From assembly GCA_034664785.1 (NCBI GenBank), contig JAXDGY010000450.1, positions 1 through 57,543 on the forward strand: DNA of 57,543 nucleotides. The letters run 5' to 3'. Under the pieces are notes generated by a model that was given only the letters and a program-made list of their open reading frames with translations, had not been told where the DNA came from and searched no databases. A program made the translations under genes and the position numbers. The DNA comes from Solirubrobacteraceae bacterium. GTDB lineage: Bacteria; Actinomycetota; Thermoleophilia; Solirubrobacterales; Solirubrobacteraceae. Each line of letters opens with the position of its first letter. Positions within the stretch are counted from its first letter, which is position 1. Of the stretch, positions 26,084 through 35,358 are shown piece by piece.

Positions 26084-27575
26084 AGCCGGGGTCGACGGGG
26101 ACGGCCAGTCGCGTGTGGGACGCCCTGCCGCGAAGCAGCACAGCCTCCTCCAGTCGCCAGTGGCGAGCCTCATCTTGCGATGCGCGGTCCAGCGCCGCCT
26201 CCGACGCCAGCAGCCGCGGGGCCCTCTGCTTGGCGAGCTCGGTCAGCCGCGCAGCCTCGTTGACGGGGTCCCCGATGACCGTGTACTCCAGACGGTGGGC
26301 GGCTCCTATGTTGCCGGCCACGACCTCACCTGCGGACACGCCGATCCCAGCGCGCAGCGGAGCGTCGGCCGCGAGGCGCCGGCAGAGGACGCGGGCGGCC
26401 GCGAGCGCTCGTCCCGCTGCGTCCTCCTGGTGCGCGGGCACGCCGAAGATGCACAGAGCAGCATCACCCTCGAACTTGTTGATCCCGCCGCCGTAGGCCT
26501 CGATCGTCTGCAGCACCAGGGCGAAGAACGCGTTCAGGCGTTCCACGACCTCTTGCGGGGCGGCGCGGGAGGCGAACTCGGTGGACCCGATCAGGTCAAC
26601 GAACAGCACTGCGGCCTCGCGTAGCTCCCCGCCGAGTCTCACACCGCCGCGCATCGCCTCGCGAGCGACCTCCTCGCCGACGTGGCGGCCGAAGAGGTCG
26701 CGCAGCTGCTCGCGCTCGCGAAGGCCGATCGCCATGCGGTTGAAGCCGGCCTGCAGCAGACCGACCTCGCTGGCGTCGTACACGGGCACCTCGACGTCCT
26801 TGTCGCCTCGCTCGATTCGTGCGAGCCCCATGCGAACCGATTGCAGCGGCTCAGCGATCGACTGCGCCGCGGCAACGATCGAGGCGCAGCCGACGATGAG
26901 GGCCAACCCGGCCAGGACGATGACGCTCCACGCTGTCGATCCGTTGTCGGGGGTGTCGCCGATGAGGACGCCGAAGCCGATCATCCCCGTGCCGATCACC
27001 GGCACTCCGGTGGCCAAGGCCCATGCGAGGACCGCCCGCGCCACGACGCCTGGAGCGACCGGCTCCAAGGGCGGGCCGATCACAAGAGCGCGCGCCGACA
27101 CCTCGCGCAGCGCGCGTTCTCCGAGGAGGTAGCAGAGCGCGGAGGTGGCCAGACCGGCCATGGCGAGCGAGATCGCGATTCGGACGGCGAGCTCGGCCGA
27201 GTACTGCAGGTTGAGCAGACCGAACACCACGGCGGCACCCGCCCAGCCGGCAGCGATCGGGACCAGCTGGGCGAGCGGGAGACGCAGAGCGAGGCGCTGT
27301 TCACCGGCAGTCGGCGGTCGATCCGCGATCAGCCACCCGAGTCGCCGGTCGACGAGCCGCACGCCCCATCGCACGGTGATCCCCACGGTGAGCAGCACGT
27401 ACGCGACGAAGACGGGGACGTTGACTCGCAACGCGCTGCTCGTCGGTGTGTCGTTGGGCGCCGGCAGGATCAGCGTCAAGAACAGGAAGATGACCAGCGC
27501 GCCGGCGACGTTCGCGGCGCTGAGGGAGATGATCGCCTGCCGGCGGACATCGGTGAGCAGCTGTCGGCCGGTCAT
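26064..27575 (-). CDS. Membrane-bound class III adenylate cyclase (6TM-HAMP-cyclase)
   Basis: VLFVDLIGST, KFEGDA, EYTVIGDPVNEAARL; HAMP EVGLLQAGFNRM. Confidence 0.92.
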   Translation of the reverse strand: MTGRQLLTDVRRQAIISLSAANVAGALVIFLFLTLILPAPNDTPTSSALRVNVPVFVAYVLLTVGITVRWGVRLVDRRLGWLIADRPPTAGEQRLALRLPLAQLVPIAAGWAGAAVVFGLLNLQYSAELAVRIAISLAMAGLATSALCYLLGERALREVSARALVIGPPLEPVAPGVVARAVLAWALATGVPVIGTGMIGFGVLIGDTPDNGSTAWSVIVLAGLALIVGCASIVAAAQSIAEPLQSVRMGLARIERGDKDVEVPVYDASEVGLLQAGFNRMAIGLREREQLRDLFGRHVGEEVAREAMRGGVRLGGELREAAVLFVDLIGSTEFASRAAPQEVVERLNAFFALVLQTIEAYGGGINKFEGDAALCIFGVPAHQEDAAGRALAAARVLCRRLAADAPLRAGIGVSAGEVVAGNIGAAHRLEYTVIGDPVNEAARLTELAKQRAPRLLASEAALDRASQDEARHWRLEEAVLLRGRASHTRLAVPVDPGFTRRPQ

Positions 27576-27643
27576 CGCGTTCTCAACTCCGCGACCTGAC
27601 CTCGCTCGGGCGCGGGTTCGGCGTCGACGCATAGGGTGGCGTC

Positions 27644-28318
27644 ATGCGTGAGATCGCTGACGGTGTCTGGCAGTTGCCGCTTGTACCCCGCAATGGCATC
27701 AACGCATACCTGATCGGCGACGTGCTGGTGGACACCGGCATCAAGTCGTCTGCGGCCACGATCGTCCGGATGCTCGAGGGGCGAAGCGTCTCGGCGATCG
27801 CGCTGACGCATGCGCACGGTGACCACGCCGGCGCGATGAAGCATCTGGCGGCGCGGTTCGGCGTTCCGGTCTGGTGCGGCGCGGCAGACCGCGAGGCAGC
27901 CGAGACAGGCCGCCTGGTCCTCTCGCCGACCCTCAGGCGGCGGCGCCTGAGCACGCTGGGCAACGCGGTCGCCGGGTTCGCCGGTACGCCCGTCGCCCGA
28001 GCACTGGTCGACGGCGACTCGCTCGCCGCCGGGTTCACCGTTCTCGACACGTCGGGTCACTCCCCGGGGCACGTCTCGTTCTGGCGCGAGGCAGACCGCA
28101 CGATGATCTGCGGCGACGTGTTCTTCAACATGCACTTGTTGACCACGATCCCCGGTCTCCGCCAGCCTCCTGATCTGTTCACTCCCGAGCCGGCGCGAAA
28201 CCGGGAGTCGGAACGCAAGCTCGCCGCCCTGAACCCGGCCACCGTGGGCTTCGGCCACGGGCCCGTGCTCACCGACGACGCCGCCGGCAAGCTCCGCGAC
28301 TTCGTCCAAGCGCTCTAG
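27644..28318 (+). CDS. MBL-fold metallo-hydrolase
   Basis: THAHGDH, GHSPGH, ICGD, GHG. Confidence 0.9.
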   Translation: MREIADGVWQLPLVPRNGINAYLIGDVLVDTGIKSSAATIVRMLEGRSVSAIALTHAHGDHAGAMKHLAARFGVPVWCGAADREAAETGRLVLSPTLRRRRLSTLGNAVAGFAGTPVARALVDGDSLAAGFTVLDTSGHSPGHVSFWREADRTMICGDVFFNMHLLTTIPGLRQPPDLFTPEPARNRESERKLAALNPATVGFGHGPVLTDDAAGKLRDFVQAL

Positions 28319-28553
28319 CAAGACTGCAGCCACGTCGCCGACGCTGCGGCGCCGCTAGGGAGACCCGTGGTCGTGACCGGGGAGACCCGGTGGCAGTTGT
28401 CCCCGCGGAGATGACCCCACCGGACAGTCGGCGGCGCACGGCGTCGGCGACACGCTGCGTCCAGCACCGACGGGGCACGCTGGAGGACAGCACGCGGTCA
28501 ACCCATCACGGGCGGCGGCCCCGGCCGTCCGGCACTCAGGAGGTCTCTGCCAT

Positions 28554-28811
28554 ATGTCTCGACGAAAGCCCCTGGCCGCGTTGGCGGCCGTCGCGGGCGC
28601 ACTCGCCCTCGTTGTCCCGGCGGCGAGCGCGAACGCTGCGACGACCGCGCCGACCGCCCGCACAGCCTTTGTGGCGTTCGGCCCCGATTCGCTGTACTGC
28701 AGGGTCGTGTACAGCGAGTTGGTGGTCGCGGGTGACACGGGCAACATGCCGTTGACGACCTTCCTCAGCAACGTGTTCGTCGACTCCGGCTGCGGCGGCG
28801 CGGCGATCTAG
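28554..28811 (+). CDS. Small secreted protein (85 aa, two Cys)
   Basis: SD AGGAGG; signal peptide ending ASANA. Confidence 0.65.
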   Translation: MSRRKPLAALAAVAGALALVVPAASANAATTAPTARTAFVAFGPDSLYCRVVYSELVVAGDTGNMPLTTFLSNVFVDSGCGGAAI

Positions 28812-29056
28812 TCGTCGCGGTCGGCGCCAAGACGGCTCTGGGCGACGCTGTCATGGGCTCGGGGGCGCCACGCCCCCGAGCCCGGCGCTGAGCTCGCCGC
28901 ATGCGAAGCTGGTCCTCGCCGGCACGCCCGCATGGGCCTGCCGCCGTGATTTCGCTGGGCCCTGGGCGACCGACCCGCTTCCATGGGGCGCTGATGCCCA
29001 GCCAGGCGCCGGCTACGGCGGACGACAGGCAGTTGAGCTCGACGCGGTGCCACCAC

Positions 29057-31801
29057 GTGTTGTACGGCCGGTGCTGCGAGTCCCGGACCCTTGACCGGTT
29101 GTTGAACGGCGTGCGTGCCGGACACAGCGGGGTGCTGGTCGTGCGCGGCGAGCCGGGGGTGGGCAAGTCGGCGCTGCTCCAGTACGTGGTCGAGGGGGCG
29201 TCCGGGTGTCGCGTGGCGCACGCGGCGGGTGTGCAGTCTGAGATGGAGTTGGCGTTCGCGGGCTTGCATCAGCTGTGCGGTCCGATGCTGGATCGGGTGG
29301 AGCGGTTGCCGGGTCCGCAGCGCGATGCGCTTGGGACGGCGTTCGGGTTGAGCGGCGGAGCGGCCCCGGATCGGTTTCTGGTCGGGTTGGCGGTGCTCGG
29401 TCTCCTGGCGGAGGTGGCGGCGGAGCAGCCGCTGGTCTGTGTGGTCGATGACGCGCAGTGGATGGATCGGGCGTCGCGGCATGCGCTGGCGTTCGTCGCG
29501 CGGCGCCTGGTGGCGGAGTCGGTGGCGATCGTCTTCGCGGCGCGCGAACCCGATGAGGACTTGGCAGGACTGCCGGGGTTGGTCGTCGAGGGACTGGCCG
29601 ACGGCGATGCCCGGGCATTGTTGGGATCGGTGATCCAGGGGCCGCTGGATGAACGGGTGCGTGACCGGATCGTGGCCGAGACGCGCGGCAACCCGCTGGC
29701 GTTGCTGGAGTTGCCGCGCGGCCTCTCGCCGGCCGAGCTTGCCGGCGGCTTCGGGCTGCCGGGCGCGCTGCCGGTCTCCGGGCAGATCGAGGAGAGCTTC
29801 CGCCGTCGGCTGGCGACGCTCCCGGCCGACACCCGGCGGCTGTTGCTGGTCGCGGCGGCCGACCCGGTCGGCGAGCCGGCGCTCGTCTGGCGGGCGGCGG
29901 AGCGGCTGGGAATCGAGGCCGCGGCAGCGGCGCCGGCGGCGGCGGCCGGGCTGTGTGAGTTCGGCGCCGGTGTGCGGTTCCGTCATCCGCTGGTGCGCTC
30001 GGCGGTCTATCGGGCGGCGTCGCCGGAGGACCGGCAGGACGTACATCGGACGCTGGCGGAGGTCACCGATCGTGAGGTCGATCCCGATCGCCGCGCGTGG
30101 CATCGAGCGCACGCGACTCGCGGCCCGGACGAGGACGTCGCCGCTGAGCTCGAGCGGTCGGCCGGCAGCGAGCACGCGCGCGGCGGCCTGGCCGCGGCCG
30201 CCGCGTTCCTGGAGCGGGCGGCACGGCTGACGCCCGACCCCGCGCGCCGGGCCCAGCGCGCGCTGCACGCCGCGCAGGCCAAGCACCAGGCGGGCGCGCC
30301 CGACGCCGCGCTGGAGCTGCTGGCCACAGCGCAAGCCGGCCCGCTCGACGAGCTCTCGGACGCGCGGGTTGAGCTGCTGCGCGGCCAGATCGCGTTCACG
30401 TCGAGCCGCGGCGGCGAAGCTCCCCCGCTGCTGCTCAAGGCTGCCAAGCGGCTCGAGCCGCTCGACCTGGGACTGGCACGCGAGACCTACCTGGATGCCA
30501 TGGGGGCCGCGATGTCCTGCGGGCGCCTGGCCGGCAGCGGCGGTCTGCTGGAGGTCGCCGAGGCCGCACGGGCGGCGGGGGGCGCTCCGCAGTCCGCGCG
30601 CGCGTCCGATCTTCTGCTGGACGGCCTGGCGCTGCTGATCACCGAGGGGTCCGCGGTCGCAGCGCCGCTGTTGAAGCGGGTGCTGAGCGCGTTCCGCAGC
30701 GAGCGCTTCAGCAGGGAGGAGGAGATCCGCTGGCTCTCGTTCGCCGGCCGCATCGCCGTGGATCTCTGGGACGACGAGAGCTGGCACGTGCTCGCCTGCC
30801 GCTACGTCCACGTCGCCCGTGATGCCGGTGCGCTCGCCCAGCTTCCCCTCGCGCTCGGCTTGTGCGCCGGCATCCACCTGCACGCGGGCGACCTCGCGGC
30901 GGCCGCGTCGCTGATCGAGGAGGCGGAGGCGGTCACCGAGGCGACGGGGAGCCAGCTCCCGCCCTACGCTCCCCTGCTGCTCGCCGCCTGGCAGGGCCGC
31001 GAAGCTGAGGCCTCCGAGCTGTTCGAGGCCACTGTGGACGAGGCGATGCCCCGGGGCGAGGGCGTGGGGCTGACCGCCGTCGAGTGGGCGCGCGCACTGC
31101 TCTACAACGGCCTCGGCCGCCATGAGGATGCATTCGGCGCGGCCGAGCAGGCCACAGCGCACCTGGAGGAGCGGCGGTTCTCCACCTGGGGGCTCGTCGA
31201 GCTGATCGAGGCGGCGGCCCGGACCGGGAGGGGCGAACGCGCGGCCGAAGCGCTGCGTCGAGTCTCGGAGATGACCCGAGCCGGCGGCACCGACTGGGCG
31301 CTGGGAATCGAGGCACGCTCGCGCGCGCTGCTCAGCGAGGGCAACGCTGCTGACGAGCTCTACCGTGAGGCCATCGCGCGGCTCGCCCGCACCCGCGTCC
31401 GGGTGGAGCTCGCACGCGCCCATCTGCTCTACGGCGAATGGCTGCACCGCGAGAACCGGCGCGTGGCCGCGCGCGAGCAGCTGCACGCCGCGCACGAGAT
31501 GTTCGCGGCGATGGGCATCGAGGCGTTCGCCGCCCGCGCCGCACGCGAGCTGCTGGCGACCGGCGAGCTCGCCCGCAGGCGTCCCGTCGAGACCCGCGGC
31601 GAGCTCACCGCACGAGAGGCCCAGATCGGCCTGCTCGCCCGCGACGGCCTCTCGAACCCCGAGATCGGCGCCCGGCTGCTGATCAGCCCACGCACGGTCG
31701 AGTACCACCTCGGCAAGGTCTTCGCCAAGCTCGACATCCCCTCGCGCCACCACCTCGACCGCGTCCTCTCCGACGAGTCCGGCGCGGCCGAGGCGGCCTA
31801 G
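29057..31801 (+). CDS. Large ATP-binding LuxR-family (STAND AAA + HTH) regulator
   Basis: GEPGVGKS, VVDDAQW, GNPLALLE, FRHPLVRSA, C-terminal GLSNPEIG...TVEYHL; start could be 28994. Confidence 0.92.
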   Translation: MLYGRCCESRTLDRLLNGVRAGHSGVLVVRGEPGVGKSALLQYVVEGASGCRVAHAAGVQSEMELAFAGLHQLCGPMLDRVERLPGPQRDALGTAFGLSGGAAPDRFLVGLAVLGLLAEVAAEQPLVCVVDDAQWMDRASRHALAFVARRLVAESVAIVFAAREPDEDLAGLPGLVVEGLADGDARALLGSVIQGPLDERVRDRIVAETRGNPLALLELPRGLSPAELAGGFGLPGALPVSGQIEESFRRRLATLPADTRRLLLVAAADPVGEPALVWRAAERLGIEAAAAAPAAAAGLCEFGAGVRFRHPLVRSAVYRAASPEDRQDVHRTLAEVTDREVDPDRRAWHRAHATRGPDEDVAAELERSAGSEHARGGLAAAAAFLERAARLTPDPARRAQRALHAAQAKHQAGAPDAALELLATAQAGPLDELSDARVELLRGQIAFTSSRGGEAPPLLLKAAKRLEPLDLGLARETYLDAMGAAMSCGRLAGSGGLLEVAEAARAAGGAPQSARASDLLLDGLALLITEGSAVAAPLLKRVLSAFRSERFSREEEIRWLSFAGRIAVDLWDDESWHVLACRYVHVARDAGALAQLPLALGLCAGIHLHAGDLAAAASLIEEAEAVTEATGSQLPPYAPLLLAAWQGREAEASELFEATVDEAMPRGEGVGLTAVEWARALLYNGLGRHEDAFGAAEQATAHLEERRFSTWGLVELIEAAARTGRGERAAEALRRVSEMTRAGGTDWALGIEARSRALLSEGNAADELYREAIARLARTRVRVELARAHLLYGEWLHRENRRVAAREQLHAAHEMFAAMGIEAFAARAARELLATGELARRRPVETRGELTAREAQIGLLARDGLSNPEIGARLLISPRTVEYHLGKVFAKLDIPSRHHLDRVLSDESGAAEAA

Positions 31802-32140
31802 CCGGCCCGGACCTCGCAGGCGCGGTCGCACCCTCGGGAAGGCACCGAGACGTAGGAGACGGGAAACCGCGAACCGTCGCGACGGAAGAACCAGTCCGAA
31901 TCGCGCGCGACCGTCTCACCCGCGGTTCGCGGGAGCCGCATCGGGCAGTCGGTGGCGGGGTATGGCCTCCCGTCCGGGTGCTTGTAGTGGATCGTCTCGT
32001 GGCTGTGGCGCCCGAGCAGCTCGTCCGCGCCGTCGTAGCCGAGCGCCGTGACCGCGGCGGGATTGGCGGACCGGATCACGTCCTGGGGATCGACGACCCA
32101 GATCGGCTGCGGCCGTCTCCAGCAGGGCGAGGACGGACAT
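31798..32140 (-). pseudogene. Frameshifted, truncated PAS-domain gene remnant
   Basis: MSVLALLETA switches frame into QPIWVVD...ANPAA...ELLGRHSHETIHY...FFRRDGSRFPVSY; ends at the LuxR stop. Confidence 0.7.
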
Positions 32141-32465
32141 CGTCGGCAGTGACCCTCAGGCCAGTCAGATCGGTCAGGGAATGGGATGGCACGCGAAGCC
32201 TCCGAGCACCATCGAGTCCACGATCGGTGCGCCCGGCGCGGAATCCGGACAGTCGATCCTGGGCGGAGGGACGGGTCGCGGGCGAGCCTCGGTTGCCGAC
32301 AGTGTCGCGATGGGTCACACACCCAAGCGCTCGACGGATGACGCTGCACGCCACGTGCGGGGGGCGGTGCCCGGCGTTGCCGCGATAGGCCCAGGTTCCC
32401 CGCAGCCAGGTGAACTCGTCGACTAGTCGCTCGCGATCCGGGCGCGGCGGCCGCCGTGGGCACCG

Positions 32466-34724
32466 GTGACGTGGGTCGTGACCCGGGCGGGTAAGTCTGT
32501 GCTGCGCGGCAACCTGCGGGCCAGCGGGGGTCATCTGGGCGATCTTCGCCGGCGGGAGCTGGCCCGGGTCGGGCCGTTGCGCTGGGGCGAGATCGCCCCA
32601 TGGCGTGCCGCGCGAGTCGCTGTCGGCGTCGTCGTCCCGCTCGCGATCGGTTCGGCCAGCGGCCATCTCGACTACGGCGCCTTCGCGGCGCTGGGGGCCC
32701 AGCCCGCGGGCTTGGTGTCGTTCCAGGGGGAGGCACGTAGCCGGCTGGCGGCGGTGGCGGTGGCCAGCGTCGGAATGGCGGCGTCGACGTTCGTCGGAGC
32801 AACGACGGCCACCGCCGCCCCGTGGCTCCTGGCGCCGTTCGTGATCGCGTTGGGCTACCTCTGCGGGCTGATGGTCTGCGTCGGCCCGCGGCTCAGCGTG
32901 GCCACGCTGCAGTGGGCGCTCGCCTTGCTCGTCGCGGTCGGGCTACCACTCGGACCCGGAGCAGCTGGGGCACGCGCCGGTCTGGTGCTCGCCGGCGGGC
33001 TCTTCCAGGGCGTCCTCGTGGCCGGCTCATGGCTCCTGCGGCGAGGCGAAGCCGAACGGGAGACCCTGGCCGGCTCGTACCGGACATTGGCCGGCTACGC
33101 CTCCGGCGTGGCCGCCGGAGGATCCGGGCCGCCCCCGCCGATTCCCTTCGCAGCCGCCGCGGCGCTCGAGGACCCCAACCCGCTGCTGCCCGCATCCATG
33201 CAGCCCGTGTTCCTCGCCCTGCTCGAGGAAGCGGAACGCATCCGCGCCTCGCTCGCCGCGATCGCGGCGCATGCCGCCGACGCCGACCGAGGCGAGGGGG
33301 AGCAGCTCCGAAGCCTGACCGCCGACGCCGCGGCGGTGCTCGGCCTGATCGCGGTCGCTCTCAGTGCGAGGCGAGGCAAGCGCGCCGAGCGCATGGCGGA
33401 CCTGAGCGAGGGCGCTCACGTGCCGGCCGCCACCCCCGACGCGAGCTGGCGCTGGGCCGTTGAGGCGCTCTTCGACCAGCTGCGTGCCGTGGTCGGACTC
33501 GTCGGCCGGCTGGACGCGGCTGCCACGGAAGCCGCTCCCACCGCTCTGGCGCGATCCGCCCGGCCGCTGACACCGGGCGCCACGGCGGCTGTCGCGACCC
33601 TACGAGCCAACGTCAACGCCTCGAGCGAAGCGGGTCGGCACGCCCTGCGCCTAGCCGTCGCCGCGGGACTGGCCGAGGTCCTGGCCCACGCAACGGGACT
33701 GCGGGATGGCCGCTGGGTGGTGCTGACGGTCTTCATCGTGCTCAAGCCGGACTACAACTCCACGCTGTCCCGCAGCGTGCAACGTGCGGCGGGCACGATG
33801 CTGGGGGCCGGGCTCGGCGCCGCAGCAGCTCAGCTCGGCCATCTCGGTCACGGAGAGCTGATCGCCGTCGCGAGCGTCGTCGTCGTCGCGGCGTACGCCG
33901 TGTTCGATGTCAGCTTCCTGCTCTACAGCGTGTTCCTGACCACGTTCCTCGTGCTGCTCCTCGACATGCTCGGCGTCCCCGCCGTTCCCACCGCCGGAGC
34001 CCGGGTGGTCGACACCGCGATCGGAGCAGCATTGGCCATCGCCGTCTACTTCGCGTGGCCGACCTGGGAAGTCGTCAGCGCTCGCGAGAGCTTCGCCCGG
34101 CTTCTCGAGCGTCACGGCGAATACGCCACCGCGCTGCTGCGGCAGCTCGCACATCCCGGGCGCTTCGACGCAGCCCAGCTGCGCGCTGTCCAAGTCGCCG
34201 CCCGTCGCGCCCGCAGCGATGCCGAGGCATCAGCCGCCCGGCTGTCCGACGAGCCTGCGCTCGCCCCGCTGACACCCGATCTCTCGCGGGCGGTGATCAC
34301 GACCGTCCGCCGGCTCGCGCACGCCGAGCTTGCCCTCCACGCCCTCACGGTCTCGCAGGAAGAGCTCGGACGTCGGTCGCACGATGTCCTGACCGGCGAC
34401 GATGCGGACGCTCTCGAAGCTCTCGGCGCGTCGCTGGCGACCACGATGAGCGCACTGGCCGTCTCGCTGAGAACGCTGCAGCCACCGGCCTCGTCTCCCG
34501 CTGGCCGTCCCGTCCAAGCGGCGCTCAGGAGCCGCCGGGGCGTGAACGGCACGTTGCTCGCCGCGACCGACGGGATGGTCGATGCCGTCGGCCGGCTGGA
34601 CGCCCTCGTGCGCGACGGTCTCGTGTCGCCCGGGCCGGCGCCCGGGCCGGCCGGATCTGTGCCGCCCGCCCGCGGGGAGCATCCGCAAGCTCATCGGCGC
34701 CGCGGCGCTCCAGGCGAGGCTTGA
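32466..34724 (+). CDS. FUSC-family membrane protein
   Basis: N-terminal TM bundle; RHALRLAVA, WVVLTVFIVLKPDY, RAAGTMLG, RVVDTAIG; start uncertain. Confidence 0.85.
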   Translation: MTWVVTRAGKSVLRGNLRASGGHLGDLRRRELARVGPLRWGEIAPWRAARVAVGVVVPLAIGSASGHLDYGAFAALGAQPAGLVSFQGEARSRLAAVAVASVGMAASTFVGATTATAAPWLLAPFVIALGYLCGLMVCVGPRLSVATLQWALALLVAVGLPLGPGAAGARAGLVLAGGLFQGVLVAGSWLLRRGEAERETLAGSYRTLAGYASGVAAGGSGPPPPIPFAAAAALEDPNPLLPASMQPVFLALLEEAERIRASLAAIAAHAADADRGEGEQLRSLTADAAAVLGLIAVALSARRGKRAERMADLSEGAHVPAATPDASWRWAVEALFDQLRAVVGLVGRLDAAATEAAPTALARSARPLTPGATAAVATLRANVNASSEAGRHALRLAVAAGLAEVLAHATGLRDGRWVVLTVFIVLKPDYNSTLSRSVQRAAGTMLGAGLGAAAAQLGHLGHGELIAVASVVVVAAYAVFDVSFLLYSVFLTTFLVLLLDMLGVPAVPTAGARVVDTAIGAALAIAVYFAWPTWEVVSARESFARLLERHGEYATALLRQLAHPGRFDAAQLRAVQVAARRARSDAEASAARLSDEPALAPLTPDLSRAVITTVRRLAHAELALHALTVSQEELGRRSHDVLTGDDADALEALGASLATTMSALAVSLRTLQPPASSPAGRPVQAALRSRRGVNGTLLAATDGMVDAVGRLDALVRDGLVSPGPAPGPAGSVPPARGEHPQAHRRRGAPGEA

Positions 34725-34809
34725 CCGCGCGGGACGCGACGCGATCACGCAACCAGGCGCGACTCGAGTGCTGTGGCTCACTCATGGCTCGGCCGGTCCA
34801 CGCTACGGT

Positions 34810-34831
34810 CATAGATACAACATAGATACAA
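34810..34831 (+). repeat. 11-bp tandem direct repeat CATAGATACAA x2, probable regulator binding site
   Basis: Exact AT-rich duplication about 40 nt upstream of the ATG at 34870. Confidence 0.65.
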
Positions 34832-34869
34832 GAGCGGGGGAGGCTCTTCCACCGAAAGGCAGGTCTGAG

Positions 34870-35160
34870 ATGAAGCCGAACCGAACTCGCCTCATGGGCG
34901 TCGCCGCCGCCCTGACGACGATCGCCATCGCCGCCCCGATCGCGACCGCGGGGGCCGCCACGTCCGCGCCCGCCGTCGCCCCCCTCGCCATCACGATCGC
35001 CGGGCCGAACAGCGGCCCGACCCTCACGGCCCGGGTCGACGGGCACCCGGCCACGGTGGTCGGGCCGACGTTCATCACCAGCGCCCCCGCGACGTTCGTC
35101 AACACGAACACCCAGGTCTCCTCCGGCGCCAGCACGGCCGGGGAGCAGGTCGCCCCATGA
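34870..35160 (+). CDS. Small secreted protein, paralog A (GPTFITSAPATFVNTNTQVS core)
   Basis: Signal peptide; 20-aa identity with 40817-41044. Confidence 0.8.
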   Translation: MKPNRTRLMGVAAALTTIAIAAPIATAGAATSAPAVAPLAITIAGPNSGPTLTARVDGHPATVVGPTFITSAPATFVNTNTQVSSGASTAGEQVAP

Positions 35161-35358
35161 CGCGTCGCATCCACGGCCGGCGGCAGACGGAAGCGCCGGC
35201 CGCCGCGCGGACTGGTCAGCGTGTGCGCCGGTGGGCCTGCCTGTGGCCTCCGCGTTGCGACATGGCGTCGTCGGACCTAGCATGCCCGCGATGCTCAGCG
35301 TCGCATCCGCGCTCCGACACGCGCGGCCGGTCGTAGGTCCTCGCTCGCCGTCCGGCGG

